Shown: positions 15,541 to 29,144 of the stretch, piece after piece
How the letters are laid out: each line of letters opens with the position of its first letter
How positions within the stretch are numbered: the stretch's first letter is position 1
Source of the DNA: Eledone cirrhosa
Lineage: Eukaryota
Assembly: GCA_964016885.1 (NCBI GenBank)
Contig: OZ024753.1
Span: 37,014,001-37,078,000 of the forward strand
Direction: 5' to 3'
Length of the DNA: 64,000 nucleotides
Notes under the pieces: generated by a model
Told to the model about the DNA's origin: nothing
Databases searched by the model: none
What the model saw: the letters and a program-made list of their open reading frames with translations, nothing else
Position numbers and translations under genes: made by a program

Positions 15541-15602
15541 TACATATATAAATTATATATATAAATTATATATAAATATACATATATAAATTATATATAA
15601 AT

Positions 15603-15672
<70 letters not shown>

Positions 15673-16704
15673 CATATGTGTGTGTGTGTATGTATATATA
15701 ATAAAAATAATAGTTGGCAACAAGCTTCAATGTTTGCTAATTCCCTGGTAAGCATATATAACAAACAATAATAATAATGATTTCTAGTATAGGCACAAGG
15801 CCAACAATTATGAGGGAGGGGAAAGTCAATTAAATCGACCCCAGTGCGTGACTGGTACTTTATTTTATCGACCCCGTAAGGATGAAAGGCAAAGTTGACC
15901 TCGACGGGATTTGAACTCAGATCATAAAGGTCCGTAACTCTATGCTACAAACATGGTGTCCGACCCTCTACCGATACTGCCAATAACCTCGGCGGGATTT
16001 GAACTCAGATTATTAAGGGCCGTAACTCTATGCGTCAAAGCATGGCGTCCGACCCTCTACCGATACTGTCAATCCACCGCCGATAATAATAATAATGATG
16101 ATAATATTAATAATTGTAATAAAGTTTTCGTCTTCTCATAAAGCAAAGAGAGAATTGTGATTCTGTATGAAAGGGGAAGCTAGGATTAAAAAACAAACAA
16201 GAAACAAGAGATGGGTATTGATAAAATGAAATGCAAGCGAAGGTTGGTGGCAATGGTGGGGACAAGAGGAGAAAAATATCATTAATTGTTCGTTCATTAT
16301 TATTGAATGATAACTGCAGTTTTTTTTGCATTATAAATGTAAGTATATAAGGCATAAAGAATTCAGTTCGTTTGTATAAATTGTTTAAATATATAAATAT
16401 CAACCTTAATGTACCGAAATTTTACTGATTTCAAGCGGTTGACTTAGGAGATGGGACTGTCCGTTTTTCCCGTTGTTTTCGTCCTGTGCGACCCCTGTTT
16501 TGTGTGTGTGTATATATATATATATCATTTGCTGGTGAAAAGAGTTCTGCTCGATGAAAGCATCATCATTGTGTCTTTACATTTGAAGTTTTCTCAGTTT
16601 TCATTCAATTTCTTTCTTTGTATAATTTTATGTATATACATATATATACATATATACATACATGCATACCCCCCACCCACCCATATATATATATATATAT
16701 ACAC

Positions 16705-16739
<35 letters not shown>

Positions 16740-17021
16740 CACATATATATATATATATATGTGTGTGTATGTATATATATACGATTTTTACATATATGAA
16801 ACGATTTTTACATATATGGATTTTTTTCAATTACCTTTCTTTCCTTTTCTTTGGTAATTATTATTATTATTATTATTATTATGATAATATTTTGTTGTTG
16901 TTGTTTGTGTGTGAAGCAGTTCTTTGTTTCTGGTTAATTTTCTGCAATGAAAGAACCCATCTTTTTGCAATATATATATATGATCCCCATTTCAAAGAAA
17001 ATAAATGTTGAAAGACGGTCA

Positions 17022-17058
<37 letters not shown>

Positions 17059-17272
17059 GTTGTTGTTGTTTTGTTTGTTTGTTTATTTCTTGCTGAGTTT
17101 AAATTATTGCAATCAGTCAATGTTTGGGTCCTTTAAGCGCCATTTTTTCAGTGTCCCCGAAATATAACATAAACACATTCACACATTATATATATATATA
17201 TTATGTGAGTGTATATGTCTATATATAACTGTATGTCTCTCTTTTCTCTTTCTCTCTCTCAATATATATATA

Positions 17273-17346
<74 letters not shown>

Positions 17347-17401
17347 CATATATGCATATGTACATTATGTATAGAAGATTTAGTGTTTGAAGATATAATG
17401 G

Positions 17402-17539
17402 TTACTGTTTGTGATTAGGTGCAGCCATTTCGAAGTTTGCTGCATCCGTTGGCTTTCTCGTAACCGATGCAGTCTTTGTACTTGTTCCAGAAGTCGATTT
17501 TTCTTTCACCTTTAGAAGCCGTTTGTATTCTTTCCATAC
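17402..17539 (-). CDS. aGPCR last coding exon: helix 8 and short tail (VWKEYKRLL...APNHKQ*)
   Basis: tttcag acceptor; V-x-K-E-Y helix-8 pattern; TAA at 17404-17402. Confidence 0.87.
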   Translation of the reverse strand, partial: VWKEYKRLLKVKEKSTSGTSTKTASVTRKPTDAANFEMAAPNHKQ

Positions 17540-18026
17540 CTGAAAAAATTAAGAAAAGTGTGTCTTTACATGACCAACCTAATATCTATCTATCTCTCTA
17601 TATATATGGATGGAGAGAGAGGTGCTGCACCCCAGTCGTTTTTATGAAAGGTGGGTGAAAGTGGCGAGAATGGCCCGTGTGAATGGGCCTTCTCTTTACA
17701 TAAGCCTGTAGGGGGAAAAGAGGAAGGAACGAGGGAGCACCCCCTCTCTGTGCTCCTGAGGAAAAGGGTTGCACACTTTTTTCGGGGGTGTGTGCGACCC
17801 CCCAAGGCGCCTCCTCTCTATTGAGGATTTTGTTATAAATTTTATTTTTTGTTATATTTTATAACAAAATCCTCTATTGAGGATTTTGTTATAATTCTAT
17901 TTTTTGTTATATTTTATTTTATTTTTATATATTGTTATTGCCTCCTCCCTATTGAGGACGCCTTGTTTTGTAAACCCCCCCCATTGTACTTGTCCCACTT
18001 TTGATGCCCTTGTGGCAAATAAAAGA

Positions 18027-18084
<58 letters not shown>

Positions 18085-18211
18085 AAAGTTCTATTTAAAT
18101 TGTTGGGATACAACAAGTAAATATTTTTATAACTGATATAAAGCACTCGACAAGTATTTGGAGTAGATATACGATATTAACAAATGGAAACTATATTTAT
18201 AAAACCATATT

Positions 18212-18427
18212 TATTTCATTATACATATTTCAAGGATACCAAGTTAAATTATGGTATGCCTTCATCAGACAAAATACAATATATATCCTGATGTCCTCCA
18301 AAAGTAATGGTCGCATTTTGAAAGGGTACGTCAATGCTTATTTGTAAAACTGATATATATTGTATTTTGTCTGATGAAGGCATACCATAATTTAACTTGG
18401 TATCCTTGAAATATGTATAATGAAATA
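18212..18427. ncRNA. Two inverted type I hammerheads, family A: 18212-18276(-) and 18363-18427(+)
   Basis: TATTTTGT-CTGATGA-AGGCATACCA..TGGTATCCTT-GAAA-TATGTA-TA-ATGAAATA on both strands. Confidence 0.8.
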
Positions 18428-18786
18428 AATATGGTTTTATAAATATAGTTTCCATTTGTTAATATCGTATATATATATATATATATACTGTATATATATA
18501 TATATATATCGTCGTATTGATACATGCTTACACTCTAGCTCGAAGTAGCTAGCCAGTAATTAATGTAGTGATAAATTCTGTCACATATTGTTATTGTAAA
18601 ATAAACATTGTCAACATCACAATTTTGGCATTATTCTATCATAGAATAACATTTATCCACTACACAGCTATATAAATACAAACAGACATTAGTACATATA
18701 TTTATATATATATATAAATAAACATCGAAAGAAGGAAATTGACATTTTTCACTTATCTTCTATGTACACACACACACACGCACACG

Positions 18787-18819
<33 letters not shown>

Positions 18820-18820
18820 G

Positions 18821-18883
<63 letters not shown>

Positions 18884-19038
18884 GACATATATATATATAT
18901 ATATATATATCATCATCATCATCATCATCTTCGGACGTTAAACGAAGATGATGATGATGATGATGATATATATATGTCCCAAGGCTCTGATACCATCAAC
19001 ACTATACACACAGAGCTGGCATATCTAAGAACTGACTA

Positions 19039-19094
19039 ACTGCCTGATGAGGTCATAACCATTCAATGGCTATCATCGAAATATATATAGCAGT
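19039..19094 (+). ncRNA. Type I hammerhead, family B
   Basis: ACTGC-CTGATGA-stem II-GAAA-TATATA-TA-GCAGT. Confidence 0.85.
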
Positions 19095-19151
19095 AAATAA
19101 AGGATTATGAGTTCATGCAATTGACTTATGTTTCGTCACTATATATATATA

Positions 19152-19367
19152 TGAAGGCGTGTGGCTGAGTGGTTAGAGAATTGGATTCACAATCTTGAGG
19201 TTGTGAGTTCGATTCCTGGACCGGGCGATGCGTTATGTCCTTGAGCAAGACACTTTATTTTCACGTTGTTCCTTCTACCTGGAGTTGCGACCGATAGATA
19301 GTATTAGCAACTGGAAAGACCGACGGAAACATTGTTTCCTCGGTCCGATTTGACGAAAGTCGATCGA
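19152..19367 (+). mobile_element. SINE variant with the same head but a different tail; also 48466-48680 and degenerate 2115-2315
   Basis: Near-identical copies with A and B boxes. Confidence 0.85.
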
Positions 19368-19418
19368 TCCTTTTTATATATATGTGTGTGTGTATGACAG
19401 CCAGAAAAAAATACCAAC

Positions 19419-19587
19419 CTGCTTATTTCCAAGACAGTGGAAGCAATACATGAAGAATCCTTGCAAGCTGTTTAAAATGCAGAAGATGTATGCAATGACG
19501 AGAGTAGCCTCTTTCATGTAGAAGAATCCCAAAACCCACGTCAACCCGAGAATCACTTCTAGTGAGAGGGCACCTTTCACCCATGCT
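19419..19587 (-). CDS. aGPCR exon: TM6-TM7 (WVKGA...LGLTWVLG...NSLQGFFMYCFHC)
   Basis: tacag/gttggt, phase 2-0. Confidence 0.95.
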
Positions 19588-19644
19588 CTGTAAAAAGAGA
19601 TTAAAACATATATTTACATGTATGATTTATCTCACCACGGCAAT

Positions 19645-20790
19645 AATAATGGTTTCTACTTTAGGCACAAGGCCAGAAATTACCCAGTGCATTACTGGTA
19701 CTTTATTTTATCGACCCCGTAAGGATGAAAGGCAAAGTCAACCTCGGCGGGATTTGAACTCAGATCGTAAAGGGACGTAACTATGCTGGAAAGCATGGCG
19801 TCCGACCCTCTACCGATACTGCCAATCCACCGCCTTAATAATGGTTTCTGATTTAGGCCCAATGCCATCAAATTTGGTGGTGAGGGAAAGTCGATTAAAT
19901 CGAACCCAGTGCATTACTGGTACTTTATTTTATCGACCCCGATAAGGCAAAACTAACCGTGGGGGGATTTGAATTCAATAATAACAAGAACAACACTAAT
20001 AATAATAATAATAATTGTTTCTACTATTGGCACAAGGCCAGCAATTATCCCAGTGTATTACTGGTACTTTATTTTATTGACCCCGCAAGGATGAAAGGCA
20101 AAGTTAACCTCGGCGGGATTTGAACTCAAACCATAAAGGGCCGTAACTCTTTGCTGCAAACCATGGCATCCGACCCTTTACCGATACTGCTAATCCACCG
20201 CCCTAGTAATAATAATTGTTTCTACTTTTGGAACAAGGCCAGCAATTATCCCAGTGCATTACTGGTACTTTATTTTATCGACCCCGTAAGGATGAAAGGC
20301 AAAGTTAACCTCGGCGGGATTTGATCTCAGAATGGCAAGGCCCGTAACTCTATGCGTCAAAGCATGGCGTCCGACCCTCTACCGATACTGCCAAATAATA
20401 ATAATTGTTTCTACTTTTGGCACAAGACCAGCAATCACCCAGTACATTACTGGTACTTTATTTTATTGACCCCGTAAGGATGAAAGGCAAAGTTAACCTC
20501 GGCTGGATTTGAACTCAGATCGTAAAGGGACGTAACTATGCTGGAAAGCATGGCGTCCGACCCTCCACCGATACTGCCAATCCACCGTAATTCACAATAA
20601 TAATTGTTTCTACTTTTGGCACAAGGCCAGCAATTACCCAGTGTATTACTGGTACTTTATTTTATCGACCCCGTAAGGATGAAAGGCAAAGTTAACCTCG
20701 GTGGGATTTGAACTCAGATCGTAAAGGGACGTAACTCTATGCTGGAAAGCATGGCGTCCGACCCTCCACCGATACTGCCAGTCCACCATC
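19645..20790 (-). mobile_element. Head-to-tail run of about 6 copies of a second tRNA-derived SINE; more than 20 other copies or fragments in the window (e.g. 3468, 15775, 22177, 28860, 37101, 45246, 49378, 54110, 58293, 60522)
   Basis: TGGCAGTATCGG and GTTCAAATCC boxes; core TTGCCTTTCATCCTTACGGGGTCGATAAAATAAAGTACCAG resembles the MetaSINE-type central domain (from memory); (ATT)n tail. Confidence 0.9.
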
Positions 20791-20830
20791 ACAATAATAA
20801 TAATAGATGGATAGATTGATAGATACATAC

Positions 20831-20919
20831 CCAATGGTTCCTACCATGTCATCAGGAATAACATAGCCAGAATGTTGGTAAATGGTTACAAGGGCGTAGA
20901 TGAGAACAATAGCGTTGAC
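20831..20919 (-). CDS. aGPCR exon: TM5 end/ICL3 ([14 protein letters not shown]...)
   Basis: tttag/gtatgt, phase 0-2 fits both neighbours. Confidence 0.87.
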
Positions 20920-21236
20920 CTAAACAGAGAAAAGAAATAGAGAGTGAAGACAAACCAATACAGGGCCAGTCAATTTCCACCCACTCACTACACACACACA
21001 CACTCACTCACACACACACACACACTACACACACTACACACATATATATATATATCCATATACACACAATATATACATATATATATATATATATATATGA
21101 CTGGGGATACTATGTCAGGCTTCGTTACCTCTCTCATATATATATATATATATATATCATGTATATATATATATATATATATCATGTATATATATATCTA
21201 TATGTATATATATATATATATCATATATATATCATG

Positions 21237-21281
<45 letters not shown>

Positions 21282-21328
21282 CATGTATGTATATATATAT
21301 CATGTATATATATATCTATATCTATATG

Positions 21329-21366
<38 letters not shown>

Positions 21367-21717
21367 TATCATGTATATATATATATATATATAATGTATA
21401 TATATATCTATATGTATATATATCATGTATATATATATCATGTATATATCTATATCTATATGTTTATATCATGTATATGCATATATATGTATATATTTAT
21501 ATATAATGTAATGTGGCCGTGTAGGCAACACGGTAAAAACCTCCCAGACCCACACTGTAAATGTGGTTGGAGTTAGGAAGGGCATCCAACTGTAGAAAAC
21601 CTGCCAGACAGTCCTATGCGAGCAAGACAATCACTCTTGCCTCAAGTGGGACTACCCCCGTCCAAACCCATGCAAGCGTGGAACACGGACGTTAAACGTT
21701 GATGATGATGATGATGA

Positions 21718-21760
<43 letters not shown>

Positions 21761-22389
21761 CACATAAATATATCGAATACGTTTAAGTAAAATGCTTTTT
21801 ATTTGACGTTCAAATGATTTTGCCAATTGGCCTTCAATCATGATCTCTTGTTTAGCTACTTATGTTTAGTTTGCAGAAGCCCAGAGATTGAGTATAAAAG
21901 ATGTCGCAGTGGGAATGAATTTGGAGCGAAGGGAAGTCTTAACCCTTTAGCATTTACATTACTCTATGTTTATAATTATATTTTCAGAGTAAAGTCTTTA
22001 CCTCACATAATTATCTCACATAATATCGGATTCATGAGATTTTGATATTATTTATTTTGAGAACAATACGTTAACATCAGTATGAGCAGCCAGTTACAGC
22101 CGGCTTGACAAAATTCTGGCCGGATACGGCCGGTTTAAATGCTAAAGGGTTAAAGATTTAGTATTGTAGTCATAGTAATAATTGTTTCTACTTTTGGCAC
22201 AAGGCCAGCAAATTACCCAGTGTATTACAGGTAGTTAATTTTATCAACCCCTTAAGGATGAAAGGCAAAGTTAACCTCAACTGGATTTGAACTCAGATCA
22301 TAAAGGACCATAACTCTATGCTGCAAAGCATGGCGTTCGACCCTCTACCAATACTGCCAAATAACAAGAAGATATGATGAAAATCTCAC

Positions 22390-22456
22390 TAGTAAAATGA
22401 AAGCAACAGGTCCATTGAATGCCCAAACAAAATAGTTTTCTGTGGAAAGCCAACAT
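22390..22456 (-). CDS. aGPCR exon: ECL2/TM5 (CWLSTENYFVWAFNGPV)
   Basis: tgcag/gtgag, phase 2-0; CWL and F-x-G-P motifs. Confidence 0.93.
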
Positions 22457-22739
22457 CTGCAGGAGAAGAAAAAATGTATTTATTTATCAGCGTATATATC
22501 TTTACAGTAAATGAATGAATATATATAGAGGGAGTTTATCTTGTCAAAGCCCTTTGTAGATATTAAGGCCTGATGAATGTCCAAAGTCAAGCAGATGTAG
22601 ATGAAGATGTAGGTGAAGAGAGATAAAGAGTAGTAGCAAAAGGAGAGAAATAGATGAAGAAGAGAAGAAATAGATGAAAATATGGAGGAAATAAGATAGG
22701 TAGGAGTAGATACAGTAATAGAACTAGAGGGAGAATGCG

Positions 22740-22770
<31 letters not shown>

Positions 22771-22852
22771 GTTATTCCGGTTGAGTCGGAGGTAACCACA
22801 GTAAGTAAGGTACTCAATACATTGCAGAGTATAAAAGTTTTAATATAGATGA

Positions 22853-22951
22853 GATTCTACAGGACTAGAACTGTTTCATTCTTTAGAAATCATCAGGAAT
22901 CAGATTCCTGATGATTTCTAAAGAATGAAACAGTTCTAGTCCTGTAGAATC
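22853..22951. ncRNA. Back-to-back hammerheads, family F: 22853-22901(-) and 22903-22951(+)
   Basis: GATTC-CTGATGA-TTTCTAAAGAAT-GAAA-CAG.TTCTAGTC.CTG-TA-GAATC. Confidence 0.82.
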
Positions 22952-22972
22952 TCATCTATATTAATATATATA

Positions 22973-23376
22973 TATATATTGGTAAACGGAATAGAAAATG
23001 CTGACAAATTGTTCACAGTTGAAAAATGGTTTAATTAGGAATAAAAGAGTATTAGTAATTGTATGGGTTAGTATTCAGTTGTGGTTTTAAGTTTTTAAGT
23101 TTTTACCGGTTGCGCATTTCTAAATGCTTTTCAAAAATAATTTTGAGATAGAGTGTCCGTGTTGTTTGCTCTGATCAGAGCAAACATCACGGACGCTCTA
23201 TCTCAAAATTATTTTTGAAAAGCATTTAGAAATGCGCAACCGGTAAAAACTTAAAAACTTAAAACCACAACTGAATACTAACCCATACAATTACTAATAC
23301 TCTTTTATTCCTAATTAAACCATTTTTCAACTGTGAACAATTTGTCAGCATTTTCTATTCCGTTTACCAATATATA
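22973..23376. repeat. About 400-bp near-perfect palindrome in (TA)n
   Basis: Arms of about 200 bp around CTGATCAG (23171-23178), about 2 mismatches, no spacer. Confidence 0.93.
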
Positions 23377-23616
23377 ATAACTTGTGTGTTACACCTCTAT
23401 TCTTTTAACTATATATATATATATATAGTAATAATAATAAAATTGAAGACTAAAATCTAAAGAGGGCTCGATAAGGAAAATATATATCACATATATAAAA
23501 ACAACGTTTTTTGAAATATCCAGTTCTGCGTTTACAGATTGACTTTGTTAGTTTCAGAAGATCCCGTTAAGGGTGAAAGCAGCGATTCTTTGCTTAAACT
23601 TTAATCTGTTATTTTA

Positions 23617-23668
<52 letters not shown>

Positions 23669-24193
23669 GTAGAACACTGGAGGGTAATATCTGTAGTAGT
23701 AGAGCACTAGTCCATGGGATGAGTTTGGTAGAAGTAGTTCCACAACAATTAGTTCACCATACCGAGAACAAATGTTTCACCTTATGTGGATCTTCATGAT
23801 ATATATATAGAGAGAGGGAGAGAGAGAGAGTGATATATATATATATAGCATGGAGGCACATGGCTTAGTGGTTAGAGCATTAGCCTTGCAATCGAAAGGT
23901 TGTGAGTTCAATTCTCAGACCGGGTGATGTGTTGTTTCCTTGAGCAAGACACTTTATTTCACATTGCTCCAGTTTACTCAGCTGTAGAAATGAGATGATA
24001 GGACTGGGGTCCCAATCATTCCACTGTAAAGTGATCGTGGAGGTGCCACGGCAAAAAAGCACCCACCACTCACTGTAAATGAGGTTGGTGTTAGGAAGGG
24101 CATCCAGCTGTAGAAATCAAGCCAGAATCAGTTCTCGTCCCACCCTTGCAAGCAGGGAAAAGCGGACATAAAATGAAATGATGATGATGCTGA

Positions 24194-24264
<71 letters not shown>

Positions 24265-24779
24265 GCGAGGGAGAGAGAAAGAGAGACAGAGAGAGATCCC
24301 GAGTAGTAAAATCAGAGCATACCCACAGTTAAAAAGGTACTCAATACATTATTAAAATGTAAACATCATTATTTAATATAGAAATGACTTCTACAGGACT
24401 AAAACTATTTAATTCATATGAAATCATTATCCAGTCCTATAGAAGCCAATTTCTATATTAAATAATTGTTTCTACTATTGGCACAAGGCCAGCAATTACC
24501 CAGTACATTACTGCTACTTTATTTTATCGACCCCATAAGGATGAAAGGCAAAGTTAGCCTCGGTGGGATTTGAACTCAGAATGGCAAGGGCCATAACTCT
24601 ATGCATCAAAGCATGGTGTCCGACCCTCTACCGATACTGCCAATTCAAATTATATATATATATATGATGTCAAGATTTATTCTTGGTGTGTGACGAGTTG
24701 AAGATAAACCAAACATCATACAGGCTTATAAAAAGTATTATGAAAACCATTAAATAAATAAATGAGCTTTTGAACTTAC

Positions 24780-24846
24780 AGTCTTTCTGTTCCATAGCCA
24801 TCCTGGTTGATGATTGCAGAAATACTAACAATCAATGTGGGGAATC
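24780..24846 (-). CDS. aGPCR exon: TM4/ECL2 (GFPTLIVSISA...GYGT)
   Basis: tttag/gtaagt, phase 1-2. Confidence 0.9.
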
Positions 24847-25071
24847 CTAAAATAGAAATAGTAAATAATGATAATTATAACAATAATATATATATATATA
24901 TAAATTTAGAAGAAACAAGGGGCTGTGTGGTTACTAGATAAAATGTATTTAGAAATAAAAGAAAAGCACAAACAAGGGACAGTCTCCTCTTCAGTTGTCT
25001 TTTCAACGCATTAAATATATATATATGTATATATATTGTATATATATTGGATTTTAGTCTTCACATTTATT

Positions 25072-25103
<32 letters not shown>

Positions 25104-25461
25104 GTATATATATATATAGTATATATATATATACATATATATATAAATATATATATATAGTAATAATAATAAATGTGAAGACTAAAATCCAAAGGGGACT
25201 CGATAAGGATTATATATATAAATATATATAAAAACCGTAGAAGATCCCGTTAAGGGTGAAAGCAGCGATTCTTTGCTTAAACTTTAATCTGTTATTTTAA
25301 TAAATATATATATATATAAGTAAGTATGTTTTGAAACAGTGAGCAGGTTTGAAAATTAGAAAATAGAATAGCTTTCACTGTATTTTTGACTAAAGAAATG
25401 TTAGCCTGATAATGGGGTTTAGAACCCTCAGATAAATGGAAAAAGATGAGTATTGACGTAC

Positions 25462-25520
25462 ATGGGAGTCGAACCCACATCTTTGGTTATCCAGACCACT
25501 CTGCTTCCATTACACCAACA
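25462..25520 (-). other. tRNA-like head of a repeat (25328-25520; related body at 63488-63595)
   Basis: TGGTGTAATGG A box and GGTTCGACTCC B box without a clean cloverleaf. Confidence 0.6.
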
Positions 25521-25648
25521 CATCACCCAGTAATAGTAATACATATATATGTGCCTTAATAACACATACTAGGCATGCAACGTGTGTGAATGTATGTTCG
25601 ATATTGTGTGGGTATGTGTGAGTGTGTATGCATGCGTGGATTACTTAC

Positions 25649-25802
25649 CGTATCCAAATATATAGTAATACATCATCTTTGACTTAGCGGTTTTAAACAC
25701 CTGGACAATCATGATGAGGATTTTGGCCGCTTCCATTAACATCCAAGAGAACGCAGCCAGGAAGAAATAATGCATCAGCCCAGCAAATATCGCACAAACC
25801 AA
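25649..25802 (-). CDS. aGPCR exon: TM3 to TM4 start (CAIFAGLMHYFFLAAFSWMLMEA)
   Basis: tacag/gtaagt, phase 0-1; HYFFLAAFxWM motif. Confidence 0.95.
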
Positions 25803-25973
25803 CTGTATATAATGGAATATAAAGAACAAGATTGTGTGAATATATATATATATATCATTATCATCATCATCGTTTAACATCCATCTTCCACACTAGCATG
25901 GGTTAGACGGCTTTGTTCCATTTGATGCGGGAATGGTCGGGAGACCATGTCTCGCTCACACGGAAGCGTCTCT

Positions 25974-26046
<73 letters not shown>

Positions 26047-26125
26047 GAATATATATATACATATGAATATATATAGGAATATATATATATATATATATAT
26101 ATGAATATATATATATATACATATA

Positions 26126-26179
<54 letters not shown>

Positions 26180-26186
26180 TATATAC

Positions 26187-26241
<55 letters not shown>

Positions 26242-26246
26242 CATAC

Positions 26247-26325
<79 letters not shown>

Positions 26326-26398
26326 GTAAAGATAATGTTTCTCAATAAAAGTTTAATAAACTTTTGTTTAGTGCATCCATAATATAAAATAATTTTAT

Positions 26399-26429
<31 letters not shown>

Positions 26430-26493
26430 TTATATATATATATATATATACGTACATATATTCACTCACATACACAATAAATTAATAGTCTAC

Positions 26494-26596
26494 CTTATTC
26501 TTCGTTCTGTCCACACCAACCATGAAGAGAAGTTGAGCTACAAATAGGCAGAATGCAAGGTTTTTGTGTATGGAGTTACGTTCCCCTCGGATGGCA
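26494..26596 (-). CDS. aGPCR exon: TM2 ([22 protein letters not shown])
   Basis: tgcag/gtagac, phase 2-0; IHKNL motif. Confidence 0.93.
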
Positions 26597-26655
26597 CTGC
26601 AATAAATAAATAAACAAATAAACAAATAAATAAAATATTAAAACAACATGAATAT

Positions 26656-26758
<103 letters not shown>

Positions 26759-26800
26759 TACTACCAAAATAATATTAAAGATACCATGTCTGAGAATATA

Positions 26801-26858
<58 letters not shown>

Positions 26859-26897
26859 TACATATATATACATGTATACATATATATACATATATAC

Positions 26898-26928
<31 letters not shown>

Positions 26929-26959
26929 CATATATATATACATATATACATATATATAC

Positions 26960-27088
<129 letters not shown>

Positions 27089-27284
27089 AAGTTATATTTA
27101 AAATTGTTGGGTTACAACTAGTAAATATTTATAACTGATATAAAAGCACTCGACAAATATTTGGAGTATATTTACAATATTAAATAAATGGAAAACTATA
27201 TTTATAAAACCATATTTATTTCATTATATATATTTCGGGGATATCATATGTCGAATATATTTATCTATAAAACTGTTTATATTG

Positions 27285-27350
27285 TATTTTGTCTGATGAA
27301 GGCATAGCATATTGTTAATATGATATCCCCGAAATATATATAATGAAATA
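27285..27350 (+). ncRNA. Type I hammerhead, family A (in element 27083-27397)
   Basis: TATTTTGT-CTGATGA-...-GAAA-TATATA-TA-ATGAAATA. Confidence 0.75.
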
Positions 27351-27674
27351 AATATGGTTTTATAAATATAGTTTTCCATTTATTTAATATTGTATTATAT
27401 ATATATATATATATATATATAGTGAGAGAAAGAGAGAGAGAGAGAAAGTGAGGCGGTAAATTGGTAGAGTCCAATTGAACTTTGGATTGAATGCTTTGCG
27501 GCATTCGTTTCAGCTCTCTGCTCTATGAGTTCAAATCCCACTGAGATCAGCTTTGACTTTCAACCATTCCAGCTCGATGAAATAAGAACCAGACTATAAC
27601 AGTTCCTCTATATCTCTTTCTCTCTTCCATTCTCTCAAAAACAAAACAGTAAAACCACCAAAATCTCTACTCAC

Positions 27675-27778
27675 GTGACTAGGTTAAATGTTATCCAACT
27701 GAGGAATAGACCAATCATAGAAATTGAACAACCAACGTATGTAATGATGCGTAGAGCTTGCTCATGTTTGTAAGAGAT
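27675..27778 (-). CDS. aGPCR exon: TM1 (LRIITYVGCSISMIGL)
   Basis: cacag/gtgagt, phase 0-2. Confidence 0.93.
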
Positions 27779-27828
27779 CTGTGAAGTGAAAGCAAAAGAG
27801 ACAATGAAAGCTATGGAGTCATTATTTT

Positions 27829-27876
<48 letters not shown>

Positions 27877-27919
27877 TGTAATAAACAACATAAGGCAATT
27901 ATTCCATTTACCAGATATA

Positions 27920-28351
27920 CTAATTGTAGTAGTGGAGTCTGTGCTGCTGTACGGGTCTGAGACTTGGACACTGACCAAGAAACTCACTCAGATGGTGGAT
28001 GGATGCTACACGAGAATGCTGAGGATTGCTCTGAACATTAATCAGTATACACTGAGGATGAAAAACTCAGAGCTGTACGGGAGCCTCCCAAAAGTCAGCT
28101 CAAAAGTGACACAGAGGAGACTGAGGTTAGCTGGACATGCTCACCGACATCCAGAGTTGACACTGCACTCAGTGCTCCTGTGGGAGCCCCTACATGGACA
28201 CACTGGAAGAGGAAGACCAAGGTTAACGTATGTTGATGCCCTAAGGACAGACACTGGTCTGTTGGAGACGCAGGACATGGCAGCGATAATGAGGGACAGA
28301 GACCACTGGAGAGAACTCGTCCATGGATCTCGGGAATTTTACCCGCCCTAG
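27920..28351 (+). mobile_element. C-terminal fragment of a different RTE-like LINE
   Basis: LLYGSETWTL, RLRLAGH, GRGRPRLTY, DRDHWR. Confidence 0.85.
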
Positions 28352-29144
28352 AAATATATATATATATAGAGAGAGAGAGAGAGGTAGTACACTGGTAGGT
28401 TATATCCGTAGTAGTAGAGCACTCAGTCCATGGGACGAGTTAGGTAGAAGTGGTAACACAACAGTTAGTTCACCATACCGAGAACACTTGTTTCACCTTA
28501 GCAGATCTTCAGCTCGTACAAATATATATATATATATTTGTTCCAAATTGAGGGATGAATATTTTAAACTTTATTATTTTATTATGAGTTAAGGCTCTAT
28601 TGATTTTTCCCTGGATTTCACTAAATTCTGTTGGATAAATCTATATCCTGATTCTTTTTGAATTGAGTTTGAATTTTTTTTTCCCACATCTTACGTTAAC
28701 TATTTTCCCGTTTTGACGCTATAGTCACTTATATATTATGGAATACTGTTGGCTTCTTGCTACAATACTTTCTATACCTTTCATTTATATATATATATAT
28801 ATATATTTGTGTGTGTGTGAATGTGTGTGTTCATATTTGCATTTATTATTTATATATGTAGAGGTGGATTGGCAGTATCAGTAGAGGGTCGGACGCCATA
28901 CTTTGACGCATAGAGTTACGGCATTTTCCATTCTGAGTTCAAATCCCGTTGAGGTTAACTTTGCCTTTCATCCTTACGGGGTCGATAAAATAAAGTACCA
29001 GTAATGCACTGGGTAATTGCTGGCCTTGCGCCAAAAGTAGAAACAATTATTTATATATGTAGACTAACTTTGCGGATCAACAAAAAAGGATCAATGGAAC
29101 AGCTACAAAAACAAACAAAAACAAGAATATATACTGGACATTAC

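Noticed and set aside
23850-23925. tRNA gene calls at SINE heads (also 25462-25520, 62505-62573)
   Set aside because: A and B boxes are present but the cloverleaf is incomplete; the 23850 and 25462 heads run into repeat bodies.
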